Shown here piece after piece: positions 29,595-43,090 of a stretch of DNA of 64,000 nt; position 1 is the first letter of the stretch, and every line of letters begins with the position of its first letter. The stretch lies in assembly GCA_964252035.1 (NCBI GenBank), contig OZ176211.1. One strand, 5' to 3'. The notes under the pieces were generated by a model. It did no database searches, was not told the origin of the DNA, and saw only the letters and a program-made list of their open reading frames with translations. Source of the DNA: Podarcis erhardii (taxonomy: Eukaryota). Made by a program: the position numbers and the translations under genes.

Positions 29595-32500
29595 GCTCAC
29601 CTGACTACCCTAATGGGAATTAGCTACAGCTAATTTACAGCACAATCCTTTGCTCAGAAGGTATGTTCCATACTCAGAAGTATGTTCCATGTGGTCAGTG
29701 GAACTTTCTTCTAGGTTGGTGTGTATCAGATTGAATCCTTAGTCTGGATCCAAACCACTATATGATATTCAGGAATATATTGATATATATGAAGCAAAGC
29801 AGTTCTTTTGTGTTCTATCTGTTTTTGTAGCCAGACATTTCTACACATTCTCTCATGAAAAACTATACTAAATACATTGTCAGATGAATTCAGTCTTCAT
29901 TATAAGCTGCTGTGTTTATACTTTGCAAAATTACAAAGCAATTTGTGAATTTAAATATTATCTACTCCTCTACTCAGTTTGTTCATTTGAACCTGGAAAT
30001 TAGAACCTGGAAACGTGCTTGAAAATAATTTAGTATAAGGTATATTATTTTTACCTAGTAAATCTGTGATTTGGTCGTCCCCCCTAGTTCATTTGCTAGT
30101 TCTAAAGCAATTCATATACAAAATATAAAGTAAGTAGTATAAAAATAATGGGTAGGAAGATTATTTCAGCTGCAATCCCAACCACGTCTACTTGGAAGTC
30201 AGTGCTATTGTATTCAGTGAGGTTTACTTCCAAGTAAGTAAGTAAGGGGTTTGGGGTGGAAACCGTAATGATTATACATTTCTGTTAACCTTGAACCTGG
30301 CAATTCAAGAGTTAAGCAGATCGGTATCAGTTTACTTAGGTTATCACATGTTGTAAAATATTACTTGGCTGTAACTCAGGCCCAAGTAATTTGAACTCCC
30401 TGAAAAATAATAGTTGGGGAGGTATCTTTCAGTCAGTAAGTTTTTACTCCCTGGAGCTTCAGACTACTCCATTCTTGACAAGCATCTTACAGCACTTCAA
30501 TGTGATACATTTCACAGATGAATGCTCCCTCCAATAGTTCTGTTTCCAAATCAACCAATTTTTGGTTCTAAATTTGTTGTAGATTATTATCTATAGGGCA
30601 CTGTAATAGGTTCCTTGGCACTGGTATCTATTTCATGAAAACCTTTTTAATTGAAATAAATCCTACTGCTGCACGCCACAGCTTTTAGTTTGTTTGTTTT
30701 TTAAAAAAAGAATTATTAGTGCAATATCAGTAAACCTACAGCTGGAAACAGCAGTAGCAACACACAACACTGCAGGAAAATAAGTTTCAGTACTGTAGTT
30801 GATTTAGCTAAATTAAATTTCAACTATCCTAGACAAAGCAGTGGTCGCATTCATTTGTTATGAGCTGGACGTTGTAGAAGAATACTCTCCTTCAAACACA
30901 TGGGTAGTAACTTCTGAGAATGCAGGTTAACAAAGTTCCACAATAGAGGTCACTGAGGGCAGAGGGAAACTGAAGTTTTGTTGCATCAGACCTGTGGAAA
31001 AGCAGCAGCGTATGAGCAAACAAGAGTATCCTACTAGCAGTTAAGGGAAAGTAAAAATCCACTTTACCTGCTACATCTAACTTTTTCTAAAACTCTGGTA
31101 TATGCACTGGAATAATAATAATAATAATACACTTTTTGAGAAATCCCTGGGAGGAAGATCTGCTTTCTTTATTTGTACAATTTAAGTTTGTTTCCCCAAA
31201 CATCCTGTTTGCATAGGTGTTCTAGCACGGGTGGTATCTAACATTGAGTGCAGGCATTTTTGCTGCATTCTTCAATCTTAAAACATGTCACACACATACA
31301 CACACTGGCAGTGCAGAATCATTCCTCTCCTCTGAAATGATGATTTTGAAACTGGTGAAAAAAGAACCCTCCCCCTCTAGACTAATCAAAACCAGTGGTT
31401 AAAATATCCAAGAGGAAAAGTTACAAAGGCTACAATAAAATTTGTTTATTGCAAGTGCATCAAGACTTCAATTTACAGCCTTAAGAAGAGAAGGGCAGAT
31501 GAGATAATACAAAGAAACAAAGCTATTAATTTCAGATGGCTGAACTGTTAAAACATTTCTGTTTTGAATTGCTCCATCTTTGAGTGGAATTTCTATTGCA
31601 GTCTTCAGGTATGAGTTCATGTAAGACACGAGGTATGGGGGACAAGGGTATACTAGAATACCTTTACTATTTTATTTTAAATCAAAACAAGCATCAGTTA
31701 TTAGCTAGGAGGAATCGGTGAGAATATTCTTGAAAGTGCACATTTAATGTGCTAGGCAAAGGTTTGCTGGCAATTTCTTCAAATATAGGTCTCTAATTTT
31801 TCTGGGCAATGCTCAGAATGAGAATTTAAATCAGAAGCAGGCAAAGTTTTAAGTGTTTACCAGTATGAAGAACTGGGAAAGTTGCACATGTTGGGTATCT
31901 ACCTCCCATGTAACTTTAAAGCTCATAAAAAGTTTACAGCTTTAATTATCCATCTACTTTTTCTCCCTTACTTTCCTTTGCCAGAGAGAACTAGTTATCT
32001 CAAGTTTTCAAAGCTCATGTGTTTATAGCGATGGAGTGGTGACGGGATAGCAGATTATTGGTACTGGAACAAATAGAATTATCTCTGTAAATAGACATCT
32101 CACATCCAACTTTTATAGTTCTTGGGAGATGTTCCACTTTTTTGAAATTTAACCACGAAGCTTTCACCAAGTAGAACACAACTGCGGTGTAAATATTAAG
32201 CACTGACTTCGTCATGTAAAATCCAGACTAGCAAGAAATGTGATTTGTCTTAAACAACCAAGAGTTGTGGCACCTTGGGGGCTAACAGATGGTCATGCTA
32301 TAAGCCAGAGTCCTGTTTGTACATCAGATGCATGAGGTTTAGAGATATATAAACACATGGGGGGTTGGGTTTTTTGTTTTGTTTTTTTTGCAACCTGTGT
32401 GAAGCTGTTGTTGTCGTTTAGTTGTGTACAAGTTCGTTACAAAATGACAAACAAACATTTGAAAAGTTCAGATAGCAGCAGTACTAACCTCTGAAGATCT

Positions 32501-35130
32501 TGCAGTTCAAGGTGCTTGCATACCAGGAGAGTAAACTGATGTCTTATTTAGCACCAGTTTTTGTTTGTTTGTTTGTTTGTTTGCTTGCTTGTTTGAGTTA
32601 CCAAAACATCTCCCACAAACTAAATGTTGCATTTTCCTATCAGAAAAAAGGGAGAAAAATGTGTTTCTGAGAGGAAGCAGTGTCAAGCTATGCCTGAAGT
32701 AATGTCATGGTGGTAATGGAGAAAGCCTTGTAAAGATTTTTGTTAGCCCCAATAAAGGCGGTGTTTTATGGAAGGCGTAAGTAGAACTCAGACAGTGTCC
32801 ACAAATGCCGACTGGTCACTCAGATTCTTGCAAAGAGTTGGATTCGGTGGACCTTGATCCGGAAAAGGCAGTCCTCATATTCTTTAAAGCAAGTGCTCAG
32901 GGCTATTTAACACAGACTAGTTATGTCATAACTACTGAGAGATGCTGAGTATGCTCTCTAGGTTTGAATATTTAAAACGTTGGTTGTGCATTTTTACATA
33001 TTTATTTCCATTCTAAACTACTCTGAACTCTAGTAAGATGAAGGGCAGTACATAAATACTTCAAATTTTTAAAAATGCTTTAAATATATACATCTGTTTA
33101 AAGTAGACAATTCAAAATAGATGGTAACCACCCCTGTTTTATGGTCCCTGGTTAGTTTCCCCCCTGAATAGACCAGTACATGTGTGTAATGCCTTTCCTC
33201 AAAGGTTATTACAACATTATCTTCTTTTTCTGTGTCCATTGTTATGTTTCTAGCTGGACAAGAAATGTTCTCTTTCTGTTGCAATGTTTAAAACAGAACA
33301 CCAGTGAACTAGATCTGAATTATATTTATTAAAGACTGATACTGTGGCACGCTGAAAATTGTCAAAAGTCCATGACCCTCGCTCATTTCCTCAAGATAAC
33401 AAAGGGCGATGGCCAACCATTATACTGTACTTGATAATATGCTCAATGAAATAAATGGGGCATAATTATTTTAAATTTATATCCTCTTCCAAAACGTGGA
33501 GCAGCAAACAAGTGATAAAACAATAAGAACATCTTAAAAACAATTCAGTACAAATCCAGACTGGAAAAGATCTCTGCAAAGAAGCCTTGTTGAAGGAGGT
33601 ACATCTTCAGGAGGTGTTGAAAAGACAGGAGAGGCTGCCTATCTAATATTCATGGGGCGGGAGTTCCCCAGTATTTATTTTAATGGGTGGTCTGAGTATG
33701 ACAAACGTTGGCTATTGCCCAAAAATGTTTCCATAGTGATCCTGGAGAATTCATAGTCGTAATAATCGGTGGCGACACTACCTGCAAGTTAATCCTGCAG
33801 TAATAACAAGTAAGCAGAGGAGAGAGGCTGATTTTGAGAAGTAGCTCAGTTTACATCTGAAGTACCTGCCATTGTCAGCTTCTGTAATGGCATAATGGCA
33901 AACCTGAATGGAAATAAATATTTACTATAGCAAGGAGTAAATTTAGCCGTTTCCACCAAACAAGCAATCACATTTCTTCCATAAGGAGAAAAAACCCCAC
34001 AATGGAATAGAAGCTATTACATTTTAATATCTGATGAACTTGATCACTGCTAGGGCAAGTGCGTGAAATAATGCCATCCTAAATATGCATTGTGGGAATT
34101 TTGGTCTGCGTAGGCTGAATTTCAGACCCCCAGTCCAGGGACATATGGATTGTTCTTGTAACTGTAGATGCAGGTTTACAGGTTTCATAATTTGACATGA
34201 TACAAATAAAGTGCTTTTCCTATCTCTGTTGCAGAAGAACCCTTTGATGTAGGTATAGGTCACTGTTGTTCCCACTTCAGAAATGGGGAGTGGGAGGTTG
34301 TATACAGTACCTGGTCTGTGGCCACACACAATGGACCCATGCAGAATGTTTTTTAATTTGGGTCTAGAATCAAAGTTGGTTATCTATCCAGCGGACTTAA
34401 TTGACTCTTACTATATTTCATGGAACTCAATATCACACTTAATAAGTAACATAATTGGAACTAGGGTGCTGCTCACCTACTTGTGAGAAAGATGCAAGTT
34501 GCTAATGTTGTTACGATTAGACAAATGCTATACAGTATTTGCAGGCGGTAATGTCTTATGTGTAAAATCCACAACCCCTTCTGTTCCAGATTTACTTTGG
34601 TCAACCCCTGAACAGAGGCTAAATTGAGATCTGCAGTAGATGCTAAGATCCAAGATGCTTAATGACATTTACAAGCCTATAAAACTGGTTAAACTGTTTT
34701 AGGGCCAATCCAGGAGATAATCCAAGGATGGTAGCAAAAGTTGGCTTTAAAAGGACAGGAGTCCTTTGGGTATTCCCAAACAAAAAAATTGGTAGTGTGT
34801 TCATATTCACAATTTTGAAATAAGCAGAAAAAGAGCTGGAAAGTAACTGAATTCGGACCTTTTCACTTCCTTATATATATTCCATATCTATATATGTCTA
34901 TATCTATATATAACCCACAGTAGATAAAAATAAAAATGGATGTACTGTAATCTTTTTGATGACTTACCTGTTTTATTTGAAATCTTTCAGAAAGAGAGCT
35001 TGTGGAGCATAACAGTGCAAGTCCAACAGTGAAGAGGGTTTACATGTCAATCCTGAATACTTACCTTGGGGTAAGACTGTAACCCTATATTGTGCTGTTA
35101 ACCATGTGAGTTGTGAACCAGAAATGTTCA

Positions 35131-35305
35131 GGCTGCATACCCACCATACATTTAAAGTACACATCCGCACCGTCCAAGAATCCTGGCAACTGTAGAGTGT
35201 TAAGGGTGCTGGGGATTGTAGCTCCTGGGGGAGGGGAACTAGAGTTCCCAGGATCCTTTTTTTCACTTGGGGAAGATGCTTTAGATGTGTGGTGCATATG
35301 CAGCC
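35131..35305. mobile_element. Palindromic PIF/Harbinger-type MITE
   Basis: Ends ggctgcata / tatgcagcc, long inverted subterminal arms (caccatacatttaaag / ctttagatgtgtggtg; gaatcctggcaact / agttcccaggatcc). Confidence 0.75.
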
Positions 35306-35837
35306 TCGATTTCAAATCTCATTGCAGCCACGAAAGTCAGTTGGTGACATCAGGAAATCTCTATTGTCTCAGATTCAGTGCCTTGAAGATAATAATTTTG
35401 ACCTACTTTTCAGGTTACTGTCAGAACCATTGAGTAAATGTATATGAAGCACCAGGTAAATATATATGGATCAATATGAAAATCATCACCCTGCCAGCAA
35501 CTGAAAGGATGGAAACAGCAAGGCCAAAATATACACAATTGTTGGAATTGAACGATGCACAGGTTGCCTTTAAAGTGTTAGAAGCACTTGGTGGAGCCTT
35601 GGGTTAGACTGAATTTCCAAAAGCAGGGGTAAGATTTTCAGCTGCTTTTTAACGCTTTGTTTCTGAAGGGTTGTTCTTCTGGTTGAATTGTCGGTTTGAA
35701 GGCATTGCTTATGAAGAAAATGACGTTCCTTCTGTGAGCTGTGCTGTACATAACTGTTGTTGGAAATTGGAAATTAACTGTTCATGAGTGACCCTCCCAA
35801 AAAACCTGTGTTTGTAGTTAACTCATTTCAAAACCAG

Positions 35838-35842
<5 letters not shown>

Positions 35843-35878
<36 letters not shown>
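35843..35878. repeat. (AT)18 microsatellite
   Basis: Directly seen; flanked by GCGC on both sides. Confidence 0.95.
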
Positions 35879-35882
<4 letters not shown>

Positions 35883-36407
35883 CATAAAACTAATCCCATG
35901 GAACTTCAGCTTGAAGAAACTATTCTTGAGATGAGATGAGAATGTTAACCCTGGTAACATAAGAGCAGCCTTATAATAATACACCGTGGGGAGGGGAGAC
36001 CTTCAGACATATGCAAGCCTGGCTCTCTGGGGATGCAGATATACCATCTGCCCTTCCCCCACCCCTCTCCCAGCTGTCTTAGCCCTCCCATCCCCCACAC
36101 AGCTGCCAAATGTCCTTCTCCATCAGACCAGGCTCTTCCTGCATCCCTCCCCCAATCAAGCTTCAGCAGCCAGGACTGGGCTTAAGGGAAGGGAGATGGG
36201 AGAGAGAAAATAAATGGTGATCAAGAGGTCTCACTGCTTCGGAGGTAGAACTCTGTGCCCACATTTGAAAAAACTGTTAGGTCACGAGCTTGTGCAAAGG
36301 ATGTGGGACACATTTTTGCAGCAGCCATTTTATAACAACAACAACCCAGGCAAGTGAAATTATGAGCTCAAACAGTAGTTGATTTTGTGAGAGATTAATC
36401 TTTCTGG

Positions 36408-36557
36408 GGTCTGATCCACACCGTACATGTAAAGCGCATGCACCCTGCAAGAATCCGGGGAACTGTAGTTTACCCTTCAGAGCTACAGTTCCCAGGATTC
36501 TTTGTGGGAAGCCACATGAATTAACGTTTGCTCTGAATATATGGTGCTGATGTGACC
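36408..36557. mobile_element. Related palindromic Harbinger-type MITE
   Basis: Inverted arms gaatccggggaactgtag / ctacagttcccaggattc; ends acaccgtacatgtaaagc / gaatatatggtg. Confidence 0.7.
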
Positions 36558-37127
36558 ATCTCCGAAGAAAAGGCGGTGATGGCTCCCTCTCCAGGGCTTC
36601 CTCATGCAACCAGACGTACAGAGTAGCTTACCCCAAGCCTGTCTCCTTTGTGTGCTGTGTATTCACCCTTTACAGGCTGGGATGGTCAGTCCTGTTGTTG
36701 CACCTGTGCAAAAAGCATCCTGGCAATGCGCTATGCACAAACATGACCCGCCACAGCTGGTCTGGGTATAACAGGTGCCACTTTGAGGCGGAGCCCCACT
36801 TGGATCAATGTCTGGAGCATGGACACTAGGCCCATTATTTGGAAAGCCTGCTGCCTATAAAATTTGGCTTAGGATTGTGCAGCATGGCTACCTGTCGTGT
36901 TGTTTTCTGGGAGAGGTACAGAAAGATGGGACTGATGCCGAGTCTGGTACCCAGAGAATGGCAGAAATCGTTCCTAGGGCTGGCCCTACCGTTAGGCATA
37001 TGGAGATAACCCTCAAGTGGCAGGTGGGAGTGGGTGGGTGCAGCCGTTAGCGGCTGTTCGCTGGCTGTTCCTCCTGAGTCCCCAGGGGTTCCCCTTGGAG
37101 AACAGAACAGATCCAATAGGCACATCC

Positions 37128-37206
37128 AAGCGGCTACTGTGAGAACAGGATGCTGAACTTAATGGGCTATTGACTTAATTCCGCAGGACTCTTAGGTTCT
37201 TAGAAC
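37128..37206 (+). mobile_element. L2-type LINE 3' end
   Basis: ctactgtgagaacaggatgctgaacttaatgggc...cttaggttcttagaac resembles the squamate L2 tail. Confidence 0.55.
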
Positions 37207-38321
37207 TGTGCATGCCACCTGTGCTGTCCTGCTTCCTTTAAACTAGCCAGCTACCCTTGAGAGAGCTAACCTGCAGCAAGTATTGAAGTCCTATTCAAAT
37301 GCCAATCCAGCTTTCTGTATGTGGAATTGGGGAGGGTCAACGTTTTGTTCTTCGCTGTGGCCTGCAAAATGTCTTGCACTGGCCCTGCTAGTTCCACATA
37401 TCTAAGAGCGTTTCGGACTTGCATTTCTTGAACCTTTGGGCACTAGTGGCAAGACTTTAAAATCGAACTACAGGAGTCTTTGAATGGAGACAATGTGCTG
37501 TAAATGTATGGCATGTTCACAGCCTGTGTGAACAGATGGGCTTAAATCTGAATTTTGACATTGTTTCTGCTGCATAGGAGCTGATTGACAACCCCAGGCC
37601 TGCCAAATGTAATGGGAGAAGAGTTATGTTAACATCGTGGCAGGAACGTGGATTAGAGGCATAGGGCTCTTGCACCCATTTGTTGACTTCCCTATACAAA
37701 CCTCCAGATCACACACCCTGCGGTGTTTTAAAGTCTGCACATGGAGGATGCATGATTTATATTCAGCATTGTTGATTGTTTTGTCACATTCTTAATTTTG
37801 TACTTAGCATCTGAATTTACTGGCTCATTCGGATCTGAAGGGGAGGCTCTTCTGGGGCTCAATGGTTGTAGAGGGACTATTATAAATCATTGGGCCTTTT
37901 AATGGGATGTTATATACAGTTAATAAAACCTAAATCATGGATTTGGGATTTGCAATTACACCAGACTGGCTCTCCCTACCATGGGGTTAATTTGACCCCA
38001 TCTCTCCTGTCCGTCCCCTACTGAAAACATTTTTTATTCCAAAGGTTTTACTCACCAGGCTGAAATATGTATATATCCAAGGTATTTTACTCTGGTCTTC
38101 AGCTGAAAAGAGACTCCAAAACAGCTTAGAAATGACAATAATAGATCCTGCCCTCAGGCTTGCAATCTAAAAGACATCACAAAACAAGGATTGGGAGAGA
38201 GGGAAAAACTCAGGCACTAGTTCTTATTTACAAAATAATTATAGCAGCCAGCTGGATGCTTTATTTCCCCATTTATATCCCACCTATCCTGAAATTCAAG
38301 GCAACCAAAATATGGTTGTTG

Positions 38322-38404
38322 GGTAGACTCCCATCCAGGCAATGACCAAACCCAGAGCCGCATAACTGGGTAAGGCAGAGAGGCCTCATATGCCTTCCTG
38401 ACCA
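38322..38404 (-). mobile_element. 5S rRNA-derived SINE fragment
   Basis: Minus strand tggtcattgcctggatgggagtctacc aligns by eye to the 5S rRNA internal promoter tggttagtacttggatgggagaccgcc. Confidence 0.5.
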
Positions 38405-39312
38405 GGAATGGAAACCATTGAAGAGAGGAGCCAATGGACATCCTCCAGCTGTGTTTCCTCCTCTGTAGAAGCGCAGTGGAACATCTTCTTGATGACTGTT
38501 AAGGGATGATCCTGATGGAGCTGGTGTCTCAGCAGAGTGGATGGAGATCCTATCATCTCATATGTCTCTCCTCCAGACAAACGGTATTTTGAGAGGGGTT
38601 TTTGTGGACTGATTTGTGCAATATTGCCTGTCTTAACGCTGTTCTATTTGAATCAATTTCTGTAAGTTGCCCTCAGTACTGCAATGGAAGGACTAGGTAC
38701 AAATGGTCTTAACAAGTAAATAAACAAGCAGACTTGGATGTGGAAACTTCCACAAACGCACACACTGCATAATTCCGACCCACCTTTAGGGCACGAAGAA
38801 AGGCCAAATCTTCAAGCCCAATTTGGTACCCATCCTTTGTGCAAACATTTGATCTTCTATGTACGCAACCCCCGAGTCATTTGCGACTGGGCTTAATTGT
38901 CAGGGGTCCTTTACCTTTACATTTTTTAACTATCCCTGGAAATGCCAGAATTATTTAACTATGTATAATAGATGCCTTCCTACTGGCTAAGCTACAAAAC
39001 AGACTGAATCCAAGCTGGTTACTCTAATCAGCTGCTTAACTGTTCTGCTTTATTTCATGTTGTGTGTGTTCGTGAACTAGGTTCTCTGGGACTGCTTTTC
39101 ATTGGCTCTGCGTGGACCACTCACAACAGCTTTTTACTCTTATGTAAACACAACCATCATTCGCAGAACCATAAGCTTTCCTTAAGCCTTATTTCCAATT
39201 CTCTCTCTTTTTAATTAAGTACACCTATTATCTTTGCAACTGTATTTTGGCCACACTACAATTTGATTTCCTTTTTCTATAGGAAACTGGTTAGATCATT
39301 TGTCAGTCTATA

Positions 39313-39810
39313 CCAGAGGTTTTAAACCTTTTTGAGTCCATGGCTCCATTGACACGACGACGTTCTTTCTGAGGCACCCCTGTGGGACTCAAGAGCCCAG
39401 TCACGTCACCCCTTGCCTGCAGAGCTGGCAGCTTCTCACCCTTTTTTGAACACTCTTGCTTTGTGAAGTGTTTCCTTCACTCCTTTCCCCTCCCCTTAGG
39501 AGTCCTCTGGGCAGTTGCAGCTGTGGCCCCTGGTCTCTGAGCTACCCCCTTGCCCCCAAAAGAACTGCCTCCTCACACTGCCCCACAGGGGCCTGGGAAG
39601 CATCCCCTGGCAACACTCGCCTGGGGCAACACTCACCTGGGGAGCTTGTAGCCAGACCCTGCTGCAACGAACAGCTACGCAAGCCTTTGGGAGGCAGAGA
39701 CAAGAGTGCATCAGAGAGAGGGAAAGAAAGAGGGGCAGAGGCCAGTGTTGCCCGAAGCACCCCTGACCATCATTTGAGACACCCCAGAGTGTACTATCTC
39801 ATTTGACTAC
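39313..39810. mobile_element. Longer non-autonomous hAT-like element
   Basis: Begins with a Charlie-type end cagaggttttaaacctttttgagtccatggc, followed by a GC-rich interior with gcacccct motifs; right end indistinct. Confidence 0.5.
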
Positions 39811-40498
39811 CAGCAGCTCCCTGTAACCAGTTGCTATCTCTTCCTTTAAACTAGCGATAGCGGACATTGAAGCTAGGACCTTGTAAATCCAAAGCCTATA
39901 TTTGGCCACCCTGTTGTGCTCCCTCCTAATGGTCTCTCGCTATATAGGCAGCCAAATAATTGGCAGCTTCATTATTTATTTGTTGACTATGCATACTTCC
40001 CCACTGCCCTTGCTACAGTGATATCAATTGTTGAATTGCAGGACTAAAAAGGCTTATTGTTCTGTGCAGCTTGCGAGGGGCTGGAAGGCTTCTTGCGTAG
40101 GATTTAGAATGAAACTTCCAGATGCATCATCACCTGTGCCAATCATCCACATGCCTCAGTGACAGTATGCATGCTCACAGTAAACGCATGCTTGGAAAGC
40201 CAGGGCCAGCCACAGTCCAACGTGACTACAAACTCAAAAAAGGCACATACGTTACTGTTGCATCCAATAATCAGCATGTGTCATGGTAGATGCTTTCCCT
40301 CCCTGCAAAGTGCTTTCCAAGTAGGAAATGTGTACCATATGACACAGCCTTTCTAGAGATAACAATGGTTGATAAGGGGCTTGCCTGTACTGAGTTTTAT
40401 TTACAGGTTGAGTACTGCATGCCCTTTTATAGTTTGCAATTTAAAACTCTGGGGATGTGTATGCAGAGGTGGTATTCAGATACTACACTGGTTTGAAA

Positions 40499-40638
40499 AG
40501 AATCGTACAATTGGAAGGGATCACAAGGGTCATCTAGCCCAACCCCTTGTAATGCAGGAATATTTTTGCCCAACATGGGGCTCAAATCCACAACCTTGAG
40601 ATTAAGAGTCTCTTGCTGTACTGACTGAGTTGTCTGGG
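40499..40638 (-). mobile_element. tRNA(Lys)-derived SINE with CR1-type tail
   Basis: Minus strand: cccagacaactcagtcagtacagcaagagactcttaatctcaaggttgtggatttgagccccatg (tRNA-Lys-like head with degenerate A/B boxes), then ggggttgggctagatgaccc...cccttccaattgtacgattc (CR1 3' end). Resembles lacertid P.s.1/SINE-type elements (from memory). Confidence 0.85.
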
Positions 40639-42304
40639 GTTTAAAGTGGGTCTGCAAGGCAAAAAAACCCCAAAGACCTGTTTGCAGCTTGCTACCCATT
40701 CAAAACTGCTTTGATGTAAATCATGCCAGTGAGATGCTTTAGCTTTCACTTGGGTTTTGGCCAAGAACTATCTCCTTCCTTATTACCACTATGTATTGCT
40801 CTGCTCTTTCTCGTGTGCTAAACTGCCCTTGGCTCTCTGTTGCTCCAGGGCTGCTTGTCCCCTGGAGTGGATCAAAATATGGTTTGTTACTGTAAATTGC
40901 TGATATACACTATCAAGGAGCCCAACACATGTGCTACTAGGTGACTCTTGAGAGTCTCCAGTATACAAGGCTACAAAATGCAAGCAATGGTTTGCTGAAA
41001 AGCAGCTTTGTTCATGTGTATCATATAAAGCTAGAAGCTTTATACTGTATAAGCTTTATATACCTGTTTAGGGAAGTTTTTAATGTTTGAATTTCTATGC
41101 TGTTTTTAATGTTCTGTTGAAAAGAGTGGCTGGGGAAAACCAGCCAGATGGGCGGGGTAGAAATGATAAATTATTATTATTACCACCACCACACGATTCA
41201 CACAGCTCACAAAAGAGAAAAAAAATATAACTGCGGAAAGTGTTTAAAATCAAGCCATTCCTCTTTGGAGCCAGCCCCGCTGCCCAAGAAATACTCTGTG
41301 TGTTTGGCCACAAGGATTCTGAATAAGATCACAATGTGAAGTAAGCATTTCATCTAACAGTACACAGGTAGTGCAGAGATGGGGTAAATGAAGTTAAATG
41401 GCACAGGAAGAATGGGTGCTGATATGTGAAAAATTTAAGCTAGGTAGCGCCTTTACTGATCAAGTCACCCAAAAAGCTTATTAAAAAATCCAATGACTTA
41501 AGCTCAGTTGTGTGTCCTGAAGCTAATTACATGGAGATCCAGTTGGCATTTCCCTTTTTAAGGTGCGGTGACCAGAACTGTACATATATACAGGTGTTTT
41601 CTATAAAAGATCAACATTTTTTTTCATGTACTGGATTTTCCAGCAACAGTTGTAAGAGAAGACAGCAAGACAGGCAAAATAATTGATATAATCAAGGCAG
41701 CTGGAGAACTATGGGATAAAGTAATGCAATATATTGGCTAGAAATTGTTCCTATCAACAAGATATGACACATTATTAACTCAGGCATAAGACTGAAGGGT
41801 CAACCTTTCAGGGTCACTCGGAGGACAGGTTAAAAGAAACACAACAGACAAAAGAAGAAGAATCACAAAGCAACTTCCATATTTTACAAACACAGAAGTT
41901 CATGGATATCTGAAGAACTGCAAGTTGGTGTCCCTATTCTTGAAAAATTGAGAAATTCTGTGTCACATTAAATGGCTATTGTGCTGGAATCAGAGTTAGC
42001 TTATTGGAAATACTGAAAACCCTTCAGGGGAGTTCTTAGAATACTTGATTCTTCTTCTGCCGAAGGACAATCAACTGTTATTTCTATCCCTCTACTTTTT
42101 TCCATCTAACAAAAATACCCCTTTTGCCTGAATTTTCTGCAGCAATGTCCTTGGATTAAGATCAAAGAGCACAAACTAACATAGCACTGACATTTGAATT
42201 TCAGTTATTCTAAAGAAGGGTTAAACATATTAAACAAAAGTAACCCAAGCAACTCACAATAATAACACATTAAAAACAGCATTAAAAAACCCGCAGATCT
42301 AAAA

Positions 42305-42426
42305 CTTGGCATGCAAAAAGATCCCAGAAAACCCATTAAACGCTGGAGAGCCACTGTTGGTTAATGCATACAATATTAAGTTAGATGGAGCAGTGTACTG
42401 ACTTGGTATGGCTTCCCATGTTCTTA
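42305..42426 (+). mobile_element. Degraded tRNA-SINE with L2-like tail
   Basis: ctggagagccactg...agttagatggagcagtgtactgacttggtatggcttcccatgttctta; same family as 58612. Confidence 0.6.
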
Positions 42427-42818
42427 AGACACACCAGACTTTTCAGTGTAGATTAGCTAGTGCTGCTCCCTCTGCATTCAGGAAGCTAGTACTAATTTCA
42501 AAGTTGTATTTCAGCTCCATTGATGTACACTTGTTAAGGCAATTACAGGCACATTTATAATGTAACTGGGATGTACCCCAGGGTGTTTCGGAGAGCCCTT
42601 ATCCCTCTCCTTTAACCTGCTCCCTAGTGGAGTGGCAAATGATGTTTGCCAACACATCACTAAGAAGAAGTACTCCCCCCCCCCTTCCTTGCTGCAGCAG
42701 CTAAAGTGCTGACTGTTAAGAAATACTGCCACCTAAGGCTGTGTCTGAGAATAGCAGTCTACACTATAAGCTGGTTATACAGTTAAACGTAAACATTTAC
42801 AGCTCAAAAGGCTTAAAC

Positions 42819-42883
42819 CAGGGTCAGCAAACTTTCAGCAGGGGGGCCGGTCCACTGTCCCTCAGACCTTAGGGGGGGGCGGA

Positions 42884-42917
<34 letters not shown>

Positions 42918-43090
42918 TGGGGGGGGGAATGAATGAATTCCTATGCCCCAGATAATCCAGAGATGTATTTTTAATAAAAGGACAAATTCTACTCATGTAA
43001 AAACACACCGATTCCCGGACTGTCCGCAGGCCAGATTTAGAAGGCGATTGGGCTTGATCCAGCCTCCGGGCCTTAGTTTGCTTACCCATG
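42819..43090. mobile_element. Non-autonomous hAT element resembling OposCharlie1 (OC1)-type MITEs
   Basis: TIRs cagggtcagcaaact / agtttgcttacccatg; 8-bp TSD gcttaaac (42811-42818) / gcttgaac (43091-43098); internal (CT)n(AT)n microsatellite. Confidence 0.85.
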
